Virus record (IMG/VR): IMGVR_UViG_3300025133_000048 | Location: 32,390 to 96,389 of that record | DNA from: a virus | DNA length: 64,000 bases | Strand: one strand, 5' to 3' | Shown here: positions 21,486-31,600 of the stretch, piece by piece | Layout: each line of letters opens with the position of its first letter | Position numbering within the stretch: the stretch's first letter is position 1 | The notes under the pieces: model-generated | Database searches by the model: none | Seen by the model: the letters and a program-made list of their open reading frames with translations, nothing else | What the model was told of the DNA's origin: nothing | Made by a program: the position numbers and the translations under genes

Positions 21486-23356
21486 CAACCAGCAAAACGA
21501 TAATAAAAGACAATGAATTCGTTGTGTCACCCAGAGTCAGAAAACCTTCTCTTAGAGCTTCTTCAACGAATGAATCTGGTGAGATAGTATTTAATGAGTC
21601 TTATTTGAATCCAAATGAGTTGCGTGTGCCGATTCTTGATCACAAGATCGCTATACAATTACCTCAGCCTTACAAGAACGCAGCTGACTCCAATGGTGCT
21701 GGTGCATCACCCTACTATTCAATTAATCCAAATTATAATTACATAGCAACCGAATGGGAAAGAAATTTTGACGCATTGGTTCCATTGCAATCACCCAGCA
21801 TCTATGTTGAAAACGCAGAAAAATTGAGAGAGCTAAAATCATTCGCCGGCTTGAACATTAATAGGGCTCTTACTAAGAGATTTGACTCTAAGATGTTTAG
21901 AAGCTATAGAATTAGAACAAGGAATGAGCTGAGGCGATTTAAAAATGTTTTGTTTTTGCAAGATTTTTTAAAAAATGGTGATAAGGCATCTGATAAGAGC
22001 AACTATCCATTCTACAACGAGCTATTCTTTTTTCATCCAACTAAGACAACGATAAAAGATAAACTAATGAAAATCGGCATTTATGATCTTCTTATAGAAG
22101 ACTATGTTACCTCTGTGAAGGTTATGAGAGAATTTAATGATGTCCGAACTCCCATTTTTGACCTAACGAGATGGATTAAAAATTCAGATTTTAAAATAAC
22201 ACAAGAAAATAAAGTAGTGTTATCAAACAGTAACATAGATAAAAGTGTCTTTGCTCCTTATCTTAAAAAATTAGAATTCCTCGGGTTTTTAAGAAAACAG
22301 ACCCTCAAACACCAACGAACAGCTGCCGAGATAACCATGGGCAAACCGTGCCACTCAGAGGTCCTGTTTCACAGAATTAGAAAATCAAAGGTTAGTAATG
22401 GAGAAATCGTTCAGTCATTTTGGCTCCCGTCCAGTAATGAAAGAACAACGCTCGTAGATACCCAGATAAGATACGGAGAGGAGTATGAGTATACTCATTT
22501 TGCTTATGTAGCAGTTGTTGGTGCCGGAGTTGACCGAGCAGCAAATCAGATTATAGTTTCCCCTTCTATTCAGATAGTTGAGGTTCCGCTATATACTGAA
22601 ACTTGCTTAGCAATACAACCACCACAACCACCACCAGAGATAGAATTCAAAAATAACAAAAACATAGAAAACGAAATCAAGATTTCCATGTCTCTGAATG
22701 CGAACAATTACTATAAGAATTTTGTCCCGCTAAGCCCAGAAGAGACATCACAGAATGATTTAATTGCCAAATATAACATAAATGGAACTAAAAGATATTT
22801 TAACTATGAAACTGAACACGCATTGTTTGAAATCTTTCGTATGGACAGACAACCAAAAACATTTGAGGAAATCGGTAATCATAAGGTAGCAGAGATTAAG
22901 AACAGTGTTCCATCTATCTCCGCTTTGTTTAAAGACAGAATCTTAATAGGCAAAGACTATTATTATGTTGTACGATCTGTAAACACACACGGTTTATTAT
23001 CAAATCCAAGTCCTATTTATAAGGTAAAACAATTAAAAGACGCTGATGAAACTTTTATAAGTGTTGAAACTGTTGGGTTGTTAGAAGAAGAATTAGAACA
23101 GTCAAATCTAATTTTTCAAAAACTTTTACAATTAGTGCCAAGCTCTTTACATACAATTTATAATTTAGAAAAAGAAAAGATGTTAGACCCTTCAAGTTTG
23201 AAAGGAAAAATAGACAAAGTTTCACTAGGTATAGCAGAGGAGCCAATTTGGGGAAAAACATTTAAATTTAGAATTACTTCCACAGATACAGGCAAAAAAA
23301 TTGATTTAAACATAAGAGTGAAGCTTGTAACCAATAAAACAAGCGAAGATTTATAA
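21482..23356 (+). CDS. Hypothetical structural protein with Fn3/Ig-like C-terminal domains
   Basis: DTQIRYGEEYEY and FKDRILIGKDYYYVVRSVNTHGLLSNPSP are Fn3-like strand patterns. Confidence 0.5.
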   Translation: MTTSKTIIKDNEFVVSPRVRKPSLRASSTNESGEIVFNESYLNPNELRVPILDHKIAIQLPQPYKNAADSNGAGASPYYSINPNYNYIATEWERNFDALVPLQSPSIYVENAEKLRELKSFAGLNINRALTKRFDSKMFRSYRIRTRNELRRFKNVLFLQDFLKNGDKASDKSNYPFYNELFFFHPTKTTIKDKLMKIGIYDLLIEDYVTSVKVMREFNDVRTPIFDLTRWIKNSDFKITQENKVVLSNSNIDKSVFAPYLKKLEFLGFLRKQTLKHQRTAAEITMGKPCHSEVLFHRIRKSKVSNGEIVQSFWLPSSNERTTLVDTQIRYGEEYEYTHFAYVAVVGAGVDRAANQIIVSPSIQIVEVPLYTETCLAIQPPQPPPEIEFKNNKNIENEIKISMSLNANNYYKNFVPLSPEETSQNDLIAKYNINGTKRYFNYETEHALFEIFRMDRQPKTFEEIGNHKVAEIKNSVPSISALFKDRILIGKDYYYVVRSVNTHGLLSNPSPIYKVKQLKDADETFISVETVGLLEEELEQSNLIFQKLLQLVPSSLHTIYNLEKEKMLDPSSLKGKIDKVSLGIAEEPIWGKTFKFRITSTDTGKKIDLNIRVKLVTNKTSEDL

Positions 23357-23362
23357 AAAAAA

Positions 23363-23371
23363 CCTATTTAT
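23363..23371 (+). promoter_or_regulatory. Putative late promoter motif CCTATTTAT
   Basis: Intergenic, followed by SD AAGGAG and ATG at 23392. Confidence 0.6.
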
Positions 23372-23391
23372 AACGATATAAGGAGAAATTT

Positions 23392-24330
23392 ATGGGATTC
23401 TTAAATAACAGCGGAGACATCATTTTGGATGTAGTCCTAACAGATAACGGCAGAAAGATGCTCTCTAGAGGCGACGGATCTTTTAAAATTACTAAATTTG
23501 CTTTAGGAGATGAAGAAATCAACTATGCCAGATACACTCCCAGCCACGCCAGTGGTTCTTCTTATTATGATTTAGAAATTCTACAAACACCAATCTTAGA
23601 AGCGTTTACTGATAACGCCGCTTCTATGAAGACCAAGCTTATAACATATGAGAATTTAGAGCTTTTGTTCTTGCCTGTTTTTAATTTAAATGAAATCAAG
23701 CCCATTAATCAAAGATCTTCTCAAACAAATAGTTTCATCGTAGCGGTTGATCGCTCAGCAGAAGACGATGATGAAGCTTCAACAACAAGCGGAATTGGTT
23801 TAGATTCTAGTGGAAATGAAAAACAAGGTGTATTGTTCGGAGAGTCTCTGGATCGCGGATCAACCATTACAATAGATCAAGGCTTGGACACCACACAGAT
23901 TTCAACCAGAAGTACCATCGACCCAGACCTTGTAGAAACAGAATACACTATTCAGATTGATAGTCGTTTTGGTAGAATTACTGGTCCCAACGGCGAAACA
24001 CTTGATGAAAGTTATATCGATGATGATGGTATTGCTTACTATGTCGTAACACAAGGTGATAATGGTTACGAAGACATAACAGCACTAAGCAGATCCAATG
24101 AGTCTCCAATCTCAGGACCTCGCGGAGGTCGCCTTTCTTTTAGAATCGGCGCATCCATGGATCTTCAAACAAGTACTTACTTGTTTACAACACTAGGCGG
24201 AACCAGCACTCTAGAGAACAGAGGTGGCACCACTAGTAACATTTATCACATTGATTCAATTATAAGAATCACCGGAAATACTATTGGAAGCTCAATTGAC
24301 ATTCCAGTAAGATTCGCTAAACTTCAATAA
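23392..24330 (+). CDS. Baseplate/fibre-anchor-related structural protein
   Basis: N-terminal LTDNGRKML..ITKFALGDE resembles the first half of the P2 gpH/DUF3751 tail-fibre anchor domain. Confidence 0.55.
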   Translation: MGFLNNSGDIILDVVLTDNGRKMLSRGDGSFKITKFALGDEEINYARYTPSHASGSSYYDLEILQTPILEAFTDNAASMKTKLITYENLELLFLPVFNLNEIKPINQRSSQTNSFIVAVDRSAEDDDEASTTSGIGLDSSGNEKQGVLFGESLDRGSTITIDQGLDTTQISTRSTIDPDLVETEYTIQIDSRFGRITGPNGETLDESYIDDDGIAYYVVTQGDNGYEDITALSRSNESPISGPRGGRLSFRIGASMDLQTSTYLFTTLGGTSTLENRGGTTSNIYHIDSIIRITGNTIGSSIDIPVRFAKLQ

Positions 24331-24348
24331 AGGAAATAGGATAACATT

Positions 24349-25401
24349 ATGGCAGCAAGTACATTTAAAATTCTAAACGAAGACGATATCGTCTCAACAA
24401 GAACTCTTCTACATGAGGCAATACCTCTTACTGGAACTATTGTGAGCGGAACCTATGCAGACGCTAACATAAACAACCCATCACACGGGATGTTTCAATC
24501 TGTATACGACTATCCGTATCTAAGTTCATCAGCAAACCACATTTTTGACATTACATTTGGAGTGGGAGCAAATTCTGCTATCTATTCCAGTGTAACTTCA
24601 CAAAAACAAAAGAAAGAGAACATTTATAATCAAATGTCTCAACTTCTTATGGGATACAACACCGATGGTTCTATTTTAGAGCTTGACGAAGACGGTAATG
24701 TCCTTGCCGGTGGTACAAAAATTCGTGATGCTGTTTTCTTTCCTTTTTCTCGTTTACTTGTGAAAGACGAAATCAAAAAAGGAACCTTCACTATGTCTTT
24801 GGGTGTAACACAAAATGACGAAACGCCGTTCACAACAACGGTAAATGTCACAGATGCCTCCGGCTCAGATGGATATTTTGTTAATTCACCAGTTGGCGAG
24901 TATGGAATATTATTTGCTGGTAATGGAACAGGAACTCCTTTGCCAACTGACAATGTTCCCTGTGGTCTTCTTTTCTATCAAGCAGGCATTGCAGTACTAA
25001 CCTCATCAGTATTTCAGAGCCTTTTGTCATTCGATTGTCACATGAACGCAGCAAACAACAGCCTGTCTGATCTGCTAACCGGTTCAACTGTTCAAACAAC
25101 TGCCAACTCTATTCGACAAAGAATCGACAACATTCAGTTCAACAACACAACAGAGCTTAACTCAACAATTTACTTCTGTCGGATCAATCATAACGAGTTC
25201 AACTATTCAACAAACCCAACATATGTTGATTCATCTAAAATCAGAGTTAAAACTAACTCAACAGATGAACCAGTATCATACATCACTACTATTGGGCTCT
25301 ATAGTGATAAGAACGAACTTATGGCTGTCGCGAAGCTCTCTGAGCCTTTGAAGAAGACTCCAAGCACTGAATTCACAATTCGCGCAAGACTAGATTACTA
25401 A
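24349..25401 (+). CDS. Baseplate structural protein, paralog of 25410..26561
   Basis: C-terminal EFNYSTNPTY..YITTIGLYSDKNELMAVAKLSEPLKK..IRARLDY. Confidence 0.6.
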   Translation: MAASTFKILNEDDIVSTRTLLHEAIPLTGTIVSGTYADANINNPSHGMFQSVYDYPYLSSSANHIFDITFGVGANSAIYSSVTSQKQKKENIYNQMSQLLMGYNTDGSILELDEDGNVLAGGTKIRDAVFFPFSRLLVKDEIKKGTFTMSLGVTQNDETPFTTTVNVTDASGSDGYFVNSPVGEYGILFAGNGTGTPLPTDNVPCGLLFYQAGIAVLTSSVFQSLLSFDCHMNAANNSLSDLLTGSTVQTTANSIRQRIDNIQFNNTTELNSTIYFCRINHNEFNYSTNPTYVDSSKIRVKTNSTDEPVSYITTIGLYSDKNELMAVAKLSEPLKKTPSTEFTIRARLDY

Positions 25402-25409
25402 GATGCATT

Positions 25410-26561
25410 ATGGCTTTATACAAATTCAATCCCGACGACATCTTCATCAACACTCTTGAAGCTTATCCAGAGTTTTCATTCTATATTCATAGCGGAACAG
25501 TCTATTTTGATAACAACCCACACAGAGAAGGCACAAATGCAGATGTGCCGAATGGGTTCGTTTCTCTTTATCAAACAAACAACGACAAGGTATCCGGACA
25601 GACAATTTATCCTTTTATAACCAAGAATGGTTTGAAAGAAACATTTAAGTCTTACACCGATGCCCAGTTCAATGTAAAATATAACTATGATGGAGAAGAT
25701 GTAACCGGTTCTTATGATTTTTCTGGTTCCATCTTTCGTGATTACTATGCCTTAAGTTCTGCAAGAACAAGAGTAGAATCACTAAGAAACTCTTTTCAAC
25801 ACTACAATCTGTTCTCACCACACTATGCATACTCATCATCTCTGGGTGATAAGTCTGAACAGATCTGCTCTTTGATTAACATACCTTCAATTTTCTATGG
25901 AGAAAGAATTAAGAAAGGAACAGTTCAGCTAGATTATTATGTTTCCGGAACTTTAGTCGGAACTTTAAAAGATGAGAATTATACCGGAGAGCTTATCCAA
26001 ACAGGACCAGCAGGTTCTACAGGCTCAGGCTCTGTTGCAGGAACAGTTCTCTACAAGGAAGGTGTTTTGCTTTTGACAGGTTCTTGGGCTCTTGGAGCAT
26101 CCGGAATAACTTATTCTGGTTCAAACGGAACAGGGGATAACTGGACACAATTTGCTGATGGCTTACATCAAGACATCTCAGGGTATGCGAACTTACCATC
26201 TGCCTCTTTTAATCTGTCGTATCAAGGTGTTACACATACAAATACCATGACTATGTTAGCTCATGCAAACTACGGAGAGCTAAATTATTCTAATAACCCA
26301 ACATACAAAGATCAAAGTCATCCAAACAATGCTGTTGCTCTGACATCCTCGGTTTCTTTTATAGAATCAAAAGTTCCTCCAAAGAACATAACGCATACAG
26401 TATTACAGAATTCAACTCCCACTTTACAAAAAGAAACTTATATTTCTAAAGTTGCTTTATACGATGAAGATAAAAATCTTATTGGATTTGCTAAAGTAGC
26501 GACTCCTGTGAGAAAAACAGAAGATCGTCAATTTATTTTTAAATTAAAGCTTGACTTGTAG
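25410..26561 (+). CDS. Baseplate structural protein, paralog of 24349..25401
   Basis: IKKGT motif and C-terminal ELNYSNNPTY..YISKVALYDEDKNLIGFAKVATPVRK..FKLKLDL. Confidence 0.6.
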   Translation: MALYKFNPDDIFINTLEAYPEFSFYIHSGTVYFDNNPHREGTNADVPNGFVSLYQTNNDKVSGQTIYPFITKNGLKETFKSYTDAQFNVKYNYDGEDVTGSYDFSGSIFRDYYALSSARTRVESLRNSFQHYNLFSPHYAYSSSLGDKSEQICSLINIPSIFYGERIKKGTVQLDYYVSGTLVGTLKDENYTGELIQTGPAGSTGSGSVAGTVLYKEGVLLLTGSWALGASGITYSGSNGTGDNWTQFADGLHQDISGYANLPSASFNLSYQGVTHTNTMTMLAHANYGELNYSNNPTYKDQSHPNNAVALTSSVSFIESKVPPKNITHTVLQNSTPTLQKETYISKVALYDEDKNLIGFAKVATPVRKTEDRQFIFKLKLDL

Positions 26562-26579
26562 AATAAACCATGTTATAAT
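26551..26579 (+). promoter_or_regulatory. sigma70-type promoter for the resolvase gene
   Basis: TTGACT-17 nt-TATAAT with extended TGn; ATG only 8 nt after the -10 box, so a leaderless or near-leaderless mRNA is likely. Confidence 0.8.
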
Positions 26580-26587
26580 AAGTTATT

Positions 26588-27112
26588 ATGATTTTAGGAT
26601 TAGACATTAGTACAAGCAGAATTGGAATCGCAATTATTGACGACCAATCAAACCTCATCACTTGTGAGGAAATAAAAATGAAGTCTTCGGATCCTCTTGA
26701 AACAAGAGCCGAGATTTTTGAGACACGCATTAAAGAAATAAGGAGCAAGTATGTCATTAAACACGTATTCGTCGAACAGCCATTCATGGCCTTCTCCGGA
26801 GGAAAGACAACGGCGGTCACTATGGCTAAGCTTCAACGCTTTAATGGTATGTGCTGCTATATCACCTATAATCTATTTGGGAGCGCTTCAGTACTCATAC
26901 CGGCGAATAAAGCGCGGGGATTGGTCGGTCTCAAAATACCAAGAGGTCAAAAAGCCAAGACGAAGGTTATTGAGTGGGTTGAAGCGAAATATCCTAAAGA
27001 TTTTATAGTTGAGTATACCAGACATGGCAATCCAAAGCCCGGAACCGATGATAAAGCTGATGCGATAGTGATAGCGAATGCCGGTTTAAAATTAAATCAA
27101 GAAACAATTTGA
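26588..27112 (+). CDS. ruvC: RuvC-like Holliday junction resolvase
   Basis: MILGLDISTSRIG, VFVEQP and DDKADAIVIA catalytic motifs. Confidence 0.88.
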   Translation: MILGLDISTSRIGIAIIDDQSNLITCEEIKMKSSDPLETRAEIFETRIKEIRSKYVIKHVFVEQPFMAFSGGKTTAVTMAKLQRFNGMCCYITYNLFGSASVLIPANKARGLVGLKIPRGQKAKTKVIEWVEAKYPKDFIVEYTRHGNPKPGTDDKADAIVIANAGLKLNQETI

Positions 27113-27136
27113 CAAACTTTTCCAACGTGTTATAAT
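27109..27136 (+). promoter_or_regulatory. sigma70-type promoter for the primase (and probably nuclease) genes
   Basis: TTGACA-16 nt-TATAAT with extended TGn; SD GGAGGT before ATG 27155. Confidence 0.8.
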
Positions 27137-27154
27137 CTTATTATCGGAGGTAAC

Positions 27155-28093
27155 ATGGAAGAAAAGAGGAAGATATTGACCGACATTCTCGGCCACTTTA
27201 TCAGAAAGGGAAACGAACATCTTTATTCTTGTCCGTTTTGCAATCACCACAAAAAGAAAATGTCTGTCAATTTTGGAATTGGAGCATTTAAGTGTTGGGT
27301 TTGTGATACTCGTGGCAAGAACATATACAGAATTGTTCGTAAATTTGGAAGCTACAACCAAAGGCAAAAGTGGCTACAATTAGATGGTCGCCTAGACCTA
27401 TCAGAGTTTGAAAAGATCTTTGACGGCCTACAAGAGATTGAAGAAGACCAAGTCGTTGAACTACCAGAAGAGATGGTATCTCTTTGTAACAAGCGGCTTC
27501 CTTTATCATCAAAGCGTGCTTTAGAGTACCTAGAGTCTCGCAACATAACCAAGGATCAAATTCTTATGTGGAAGATTGGCTATTGCCCAAGCGGAAGATA
27601 CGGAGGCAGAATAATTATTCCTTCGTTCAACAGAAATGGAGATCCAAACTATTTCATTGCTCGCTCTTATGTTGGCCATGGAAGGAAATACCTAAACCCA
27701 CAAGCCTCAAGAGACATAATCTTTAATGAGCTTATGGTTGACTGGGACGAGCCTGTGATTTTAGTAGAAGGTGCGTTTGATGCTGTTGTAGCAGGAACAC
27801 AGGCCATTCCGATTTTGGGATCAACTATGAGACCGAATTCAAAATTATTCCAAGCACTATCTCTTAACGACACACCGGTTTACATCGGTCTTGATAATGA
27901 TGCAGAGAAAAAAGCTGGACACATGATCAAGAACATGTTACAATACGATATGGAGGTTTTCAAGATTGATACTTCATCTGTTGACGATATTGGATCAATG
28001 TCTTCAGGTGAGTTTTCTTTAGCTTTCCAAAATGCCGAGACCATTGACTCGGATTATTACTTTTTTCAAAAAATGATGCAAAAAATAGTATAG
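27155..28093 (+). CDS. DNA primase (Zn finger + TOPRIM), DnaG/gp61-like
   Basis: CPFC..CWVC zinc finger, YLESRNI, RIIIP, KYLNP, LVEGAFD, LDND. Confidence 0.9.
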   Translation: MEEKRKILTDILGHFIRKGNEHLYSCPFCNHHKKKMSVNFGIGAFKCWVCDTRGKNIYRIVRKFGSYNQRQKWLQLDGRLDLSEFEKIFDGLQEIEEDQVVELPEEMVSLCNKRLPLSSKRALEYLESRNITKDQILMWKIGYCPSGRYGGRIIIPSFNRNGDPNYFIARSYVGHGRKYLNPQASRDIIFNELMVDWDEPVILVEGAFDAVVAGTQAIPILGSTMRPNSKLFQALSLNDTPVYIGLDNDAEKKAGHMIKNMLQYDMEVFKIDTSSVDDIGSMSSGEFSLAFQNAETIDSDYYFFQKMMQKIV

Positions 28094-28101
28094 GAGGATT
28101 T

Positions 28102-31100
28102 ATGACTTATAAAATTGCACACGTAGCTGACACCCACATCAGGAATCTAAAATTTCATGATGAATACAGGGTTGTATTTCGCAAAATATACCAAAAACTT
28201 CGGGATCAAGGAGTTGATGCCATTGTTCATTGCGGTGACTTAGCACATACAAAGACACAACTATCGCCAGAGTATTTCGCACTCGCAACAGAGTTTCTCT
28301 ACAATCTTGCCGAGATTGCTCCCACTTATATTATATTGGGCAACCACGACGGAAATTTAAAGAACTCTGCACGAGAAGATGCGGTAACTCCGATTGTCAC
28401 TGCTCTGAAGCACGCAAACCTTCACTTATTAAAAGATTCAGGTGAGTATAACTTCAATGGCAACCTTACATTCAATGTTAAGTCAATTTTTGACCGAGAC
28501 AATTGGATTGAGCCCACAGATCAGTCCAGAGTCAACATTGGACTCTATCATGGTGCTGTAATGGGCTCAAAGACAGCAACTGGCTGGGCAATGGATCATG
28601 GAGACGACGACATTTCCATTTTCGCTAATTGTGATTATGCTATGCTTGGAGACATACATAAACCACAAATATTGGATGAAGAAGGAAGAGTACAATACGC
28701 TGGCTCCACAGTCCAGCAGAATTTTGGAGAATCTGGTAGAAAGGGTTACAAGCTCTGGACAATCAGAGGAAAAGATGATTTTAATGTTGAGCACGTCGGT
28801 ATTCTCTCCCCAAGGCCATTTATTACTATCTATTTAACAGAGAGCGGAGGTTTGCCGGAAGGAATAAACATACCACGCGGATGTCGCTTGAGGCTTATTG
28901 CTACCACTAATCTTCCTTCTAACAAGATAAGAATGGTAACAGAGTATTGTAAATCAAAATATAGTACTTATTCTGTTTCCTTCGTCAATAAATCGGAGGG
29001 CTCTTCTATGGACTCAATGAGTGGTTCTAATAAAATAGAGAACCTTCGTGACTTAGCTGTACAAGAGAAGTGGATTAGAGAATATCTAAAAGATTTTAAT
29101 TTGGAAGCAGAGATTGTGAAAGAGATCTTGGACTTAAATTCAAAGTTTAACATGGAGGCAGAAAGGAATGAACAAGTCAGTAGAAATGTTATTTGGAACA
29201 TTAAAGAGATGCGCTTTAACAATTTATTTAATTATGGGCCAAACAATTCAGTGGATTTTGCAAAAGTCTCTGGGATTGTCGGTATCTTTGGTAAAAACTA
29301 TAGCGGTAAATCTTCTATTATTGATTCTTTACTTTTCGGTCTTTATAATACCACCTCTAAAGGTGAAAGAAAGAACGTTCACATCATTAATCAAAACAAA
29401 GATCAAGCATCTATCAACTTGGTCTTCAATGCAGGAGGTCAGGATTATAAAGTTTCAAGGAATCTTAACAAGGTTAACAAAACCCTCCGAGGAAAAAAAG
29501 TAGTAGATGCGAAAGGCGATTTAGATTTCACCAATCTCACAATCAACGAATCTTGCAACGGAGACTCCAAGACTGATACTGATGCGAACATTCGCAAAGT
29601 AATTGGATCTATTGATGATTTCATGATTACTTCTATGGCATCTCAGCTTGATTCTCTTTCTTTTATCAAGGAAGGATCAACAAAACGCAAAGAGATACTT
29701 GCAAAGTTCTTAGATTTAGATTTGTTTGATAAAAAGTTCAAATTAGCCAAAGGTGCCGGCTCTGATATCGCTGCTCTTATCAAAAAGATGAAATCCAAGA
29801 ATTATTCCGGACAATTGGTTGCAAAGCAAGAAGAGCTTGAGGAAATCAAAGAAGACATTCAAAAGCAGCAAGAGCTGTGCTGTAAATTCACAGCTAGGCA
29901 TGATGAGTTGGTTTTAGAGCTTACAAAGATAGAGGAAGAACTAAATTCTCGTCCGACTGAAATAATTGACATTACAGCAGTAAAAGACCTTATAATCTTA
30001 AAGAATAACGACATAGATCGTTGCAAAGGTGAGATTGTAGCACTAAAAGATCTTATAGAGAAAAATAGTGAAATTGTGGAAGAAATTGATGCATTTTTGG
30101 GGTCTTTGTCACAAGATCGTCTGGAGACTTTAGAAAACAACTGGAGTATTTGGACCGGTGAACGAAGCGAGCTATCTTCAAAACTTAAATCAAAAGAAGT
30201 AAAGTATGTTAATGCTACAAAAAAGATTCACATGTTAGAGAACCACGAGTATGATCCAGACTGTAAGTTTTGTTGTGAGAATAAGTTTGTTAAAGATGCC
30301 AATAAAGCAGTAGAACAATTGCCCCAAGTTCAGGGTGAAATTAACGACTTACGGCACCTAATTGAAGATTTAGATTATAAAATAGATAATGTCGGCATAG
30401 AACAGATAAAAAGAGATCTTCAAAAAATTCAAGATCTAAGACAAAAGAAGCACAGAATGTTTTCCGAAGCCGAGCAGGCTAAAGTGAAGATTGAAGCGAC
30501 TGATTCTAAAATAGAATTATTAAGGAATGAAATCTGCACTCATGAAAACAAAGTTGAGGAGTATGAAGAAAACAAACATGTTATTGAAAATCTTTCAACT
30601 TTGCTTGGTGAACAGCGTGCCGTCAGGGCCAAGGTAGAAGAATATAAGGGCAAGATGGATAGGTGTGGTAAAAAAGTTCAAGGCTTTCTTATTGAACAAG
30701 GATCCGTTCAGCAGTTTGTTCAAACTATACAAGCACAAAAACAAGAACAGGAAGAGCTTGAAAGGGAATGGATAGCATATGATCTTTTTATGAGATGCAT
30801 GCATCCAAATGGAATCGCTTACGAGGTTATTAAGCAGAAGTTGCCAATAATAAACGAAGAGATCCAGAAGTGCCTTGCTAACATTGTTGACTTTGAAATT
30901 CTCTTTGAAAATAATGGAAAGAGCCTTGATATTCTTATTAAACATCCAAAATTTGAGCCTAGACCTTTATCTATGGGTTCTGGTGCCGAGAAGACGATTG
31001 CTGCGATGGCGATCAGATTGGCCCTGATTTCTATTACGAACTTACCAAAATCAACGATGTTTATTATGGATGAACCAGCAACAGCACTAGATCAAGAGCA

Positions 31101-31248
31101 TATGGAAGGTTTTATTCGTTTAATGGAAATGATCAAGACTAAGTTTAAAACTGTTTTAATTATCTCTCATCTAGATGCTTTGAAAGATTGTGTTGATATG
31201 ACAATTGACATAGACAAGGTTGGTGGTTTTGCAAAAATCAATATTTAA
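28102..31248 (+). CDS. Fused Mre11/SbcD nuclease - Rad50/SbcC ATPase (T4 gp47+gp46-like)
   Basis: ADTH, CGDL, GNHD, LYHG, LGDIH phosphoesterase motifs; Walker A GKNYSGKSS; coiled coil with CKFC zinc hook; SGAE signature; Walker B FIMDEP; IISH. Confidence 0.92.
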   Translation: MTYKIAHVADTHIRNLKFHDEYRVVFRKIYQKLRDQGVDAIVHCGDLAHTKTQLSPEYFALATEFLYNLAEIAPTYIILGNHDGNLKNSAREDAVTPIVTALKHANLHLLKDSGEYNFNGNLTFNVKSIFDRDNWIEPTDQSRVNIGLYHGAVMGSKTATGWAMDHGDDDISIFANCDYAMLGDIHKPQILDEEGRVQYAGSTVQQNFGESGRKGYKLWTIRGKDDFNVEHVGILSPRPFITIYLTESGGLPEGINIPRGCRLRLIATTNLPSNKIRMVTEYCKSKYSTYSVSFVNKSEGSSMDSMSGSNKIENLRDLAVQEKWIREYLKDFNLEAEIVKEILDLNSKFNMEAERNEQVSRNVIWNIKEMRFNNLFNYGPNNSVDFAKVSGIVGIFGKNYSGKSSIIDSLLFGLYNTTSKGERKNVHIINQNKDQASINLVFNAGGQDYKVSRNLNKVNKTLRGKKVVDAKGDLDFTNLTINESCNGDSKTDTDANIRKVIGSIDDFMITSMASQLDSLSFIKEGSTKRKEILAKFLDLDLFDKKFKLAKGAGSDIAALIKKMKSKNYSGQLVAKQEELEEIKEDIQKQQELCCKFTARHDELVLELTKIEEELNSRPTEIIDITAVKDLIILKNNDIDRCKGEIVALKDLIEKNSEIVEEIDAFLGSLSQDRLETLENNWSIWTGERSELSSKLKSKEVKYVNATKKIHMLENHEYDPDCKFCCENKFVKDANKAVEQLPQVQGEINDLRHLIEDLDYKIDNVGIEQIKRDLQKIQDLRQKKHRMFSEAEQAKVKIEATDSKIELLRNEICTHENKVEEYEENKHVIENLSTLLGEQRAVRAKVEEYKGKMDRCGKKVQGFLIEQGSVQQFVQTIQAQKQEQEELEREWIAYDLFMRCMHPNGIAYEVIKQKLPIINEEIQKCLANIVDFEILFENNGKSLDILIKHPKFEPRPLSMGSGAEKTIAAMAIRLALISITNLPKSTMFIMDEPATALDQEHMEGFIRLMEMIKTKFKTVLIISHLDALKDCVDMTIDIDKVGGFAKINI
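31201..31248 (+). repeat. Direct repeat copy 1 (functional Rad50 C-terminus TIDIDKVGGFAKINI*)
   Basis: ACAATTGACATAGACAAGGTTGGTGG matches 31601-31626 at 24/26 nt. Confidence 0.9.
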
Positions 31249-31600
31249 GCGAACCACTTTATGACGACCCTCCTATTTATGAAAGCCCAAATCAATAGAG
31301 ACAAGACAAAAAATGAGCGAAGCCAAGAAAGGGCAGGCTCCAAAAGTTGCCCACCAACCACCATCAGAAAAAACAAAGAAAAAACTCAGCAACCTTGCAA
31401 AACTAAGAGTTGGTCATAAAAATCCAAACTCTCGTCTTACACCAAGTCAAGTAAAAGAAATAAGAGAAGATTTTAATAAAAAAGAGCTAACAAACAAACA
31501 GATAGCAGAAAAATATAGCGTCTCCTTATCGACAATAAAGAGGATAAAATATGGCAAAACAAATTATTAGAACAGATTACTATTTATAATTGATGTAGCC
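31249..31600 (+). mobile_element. Degenerate free-standing homing endonuclease insertion
   Basis: Lies between duplicated Rad50 3' ends; encodes NUMOD3 + HTH DNA-binding modules with no nuclease domain; late motifs at 31272 and 31579. Confidence 0.7.
31313..31570 (+). pseudogene. NUMOD3/HTH DNA-binding remnant of a homing endonuclease (may still be expressed)
   Basis: In-frame KPKSIETRQK directly precedes MSEAKKG (NUMOD3-like); SEKTKKKLS is a second copy; GHKNPNSRLT..VKEIR..IAEKYSVS.STIKRIK HTH. Confidence 0.7.
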
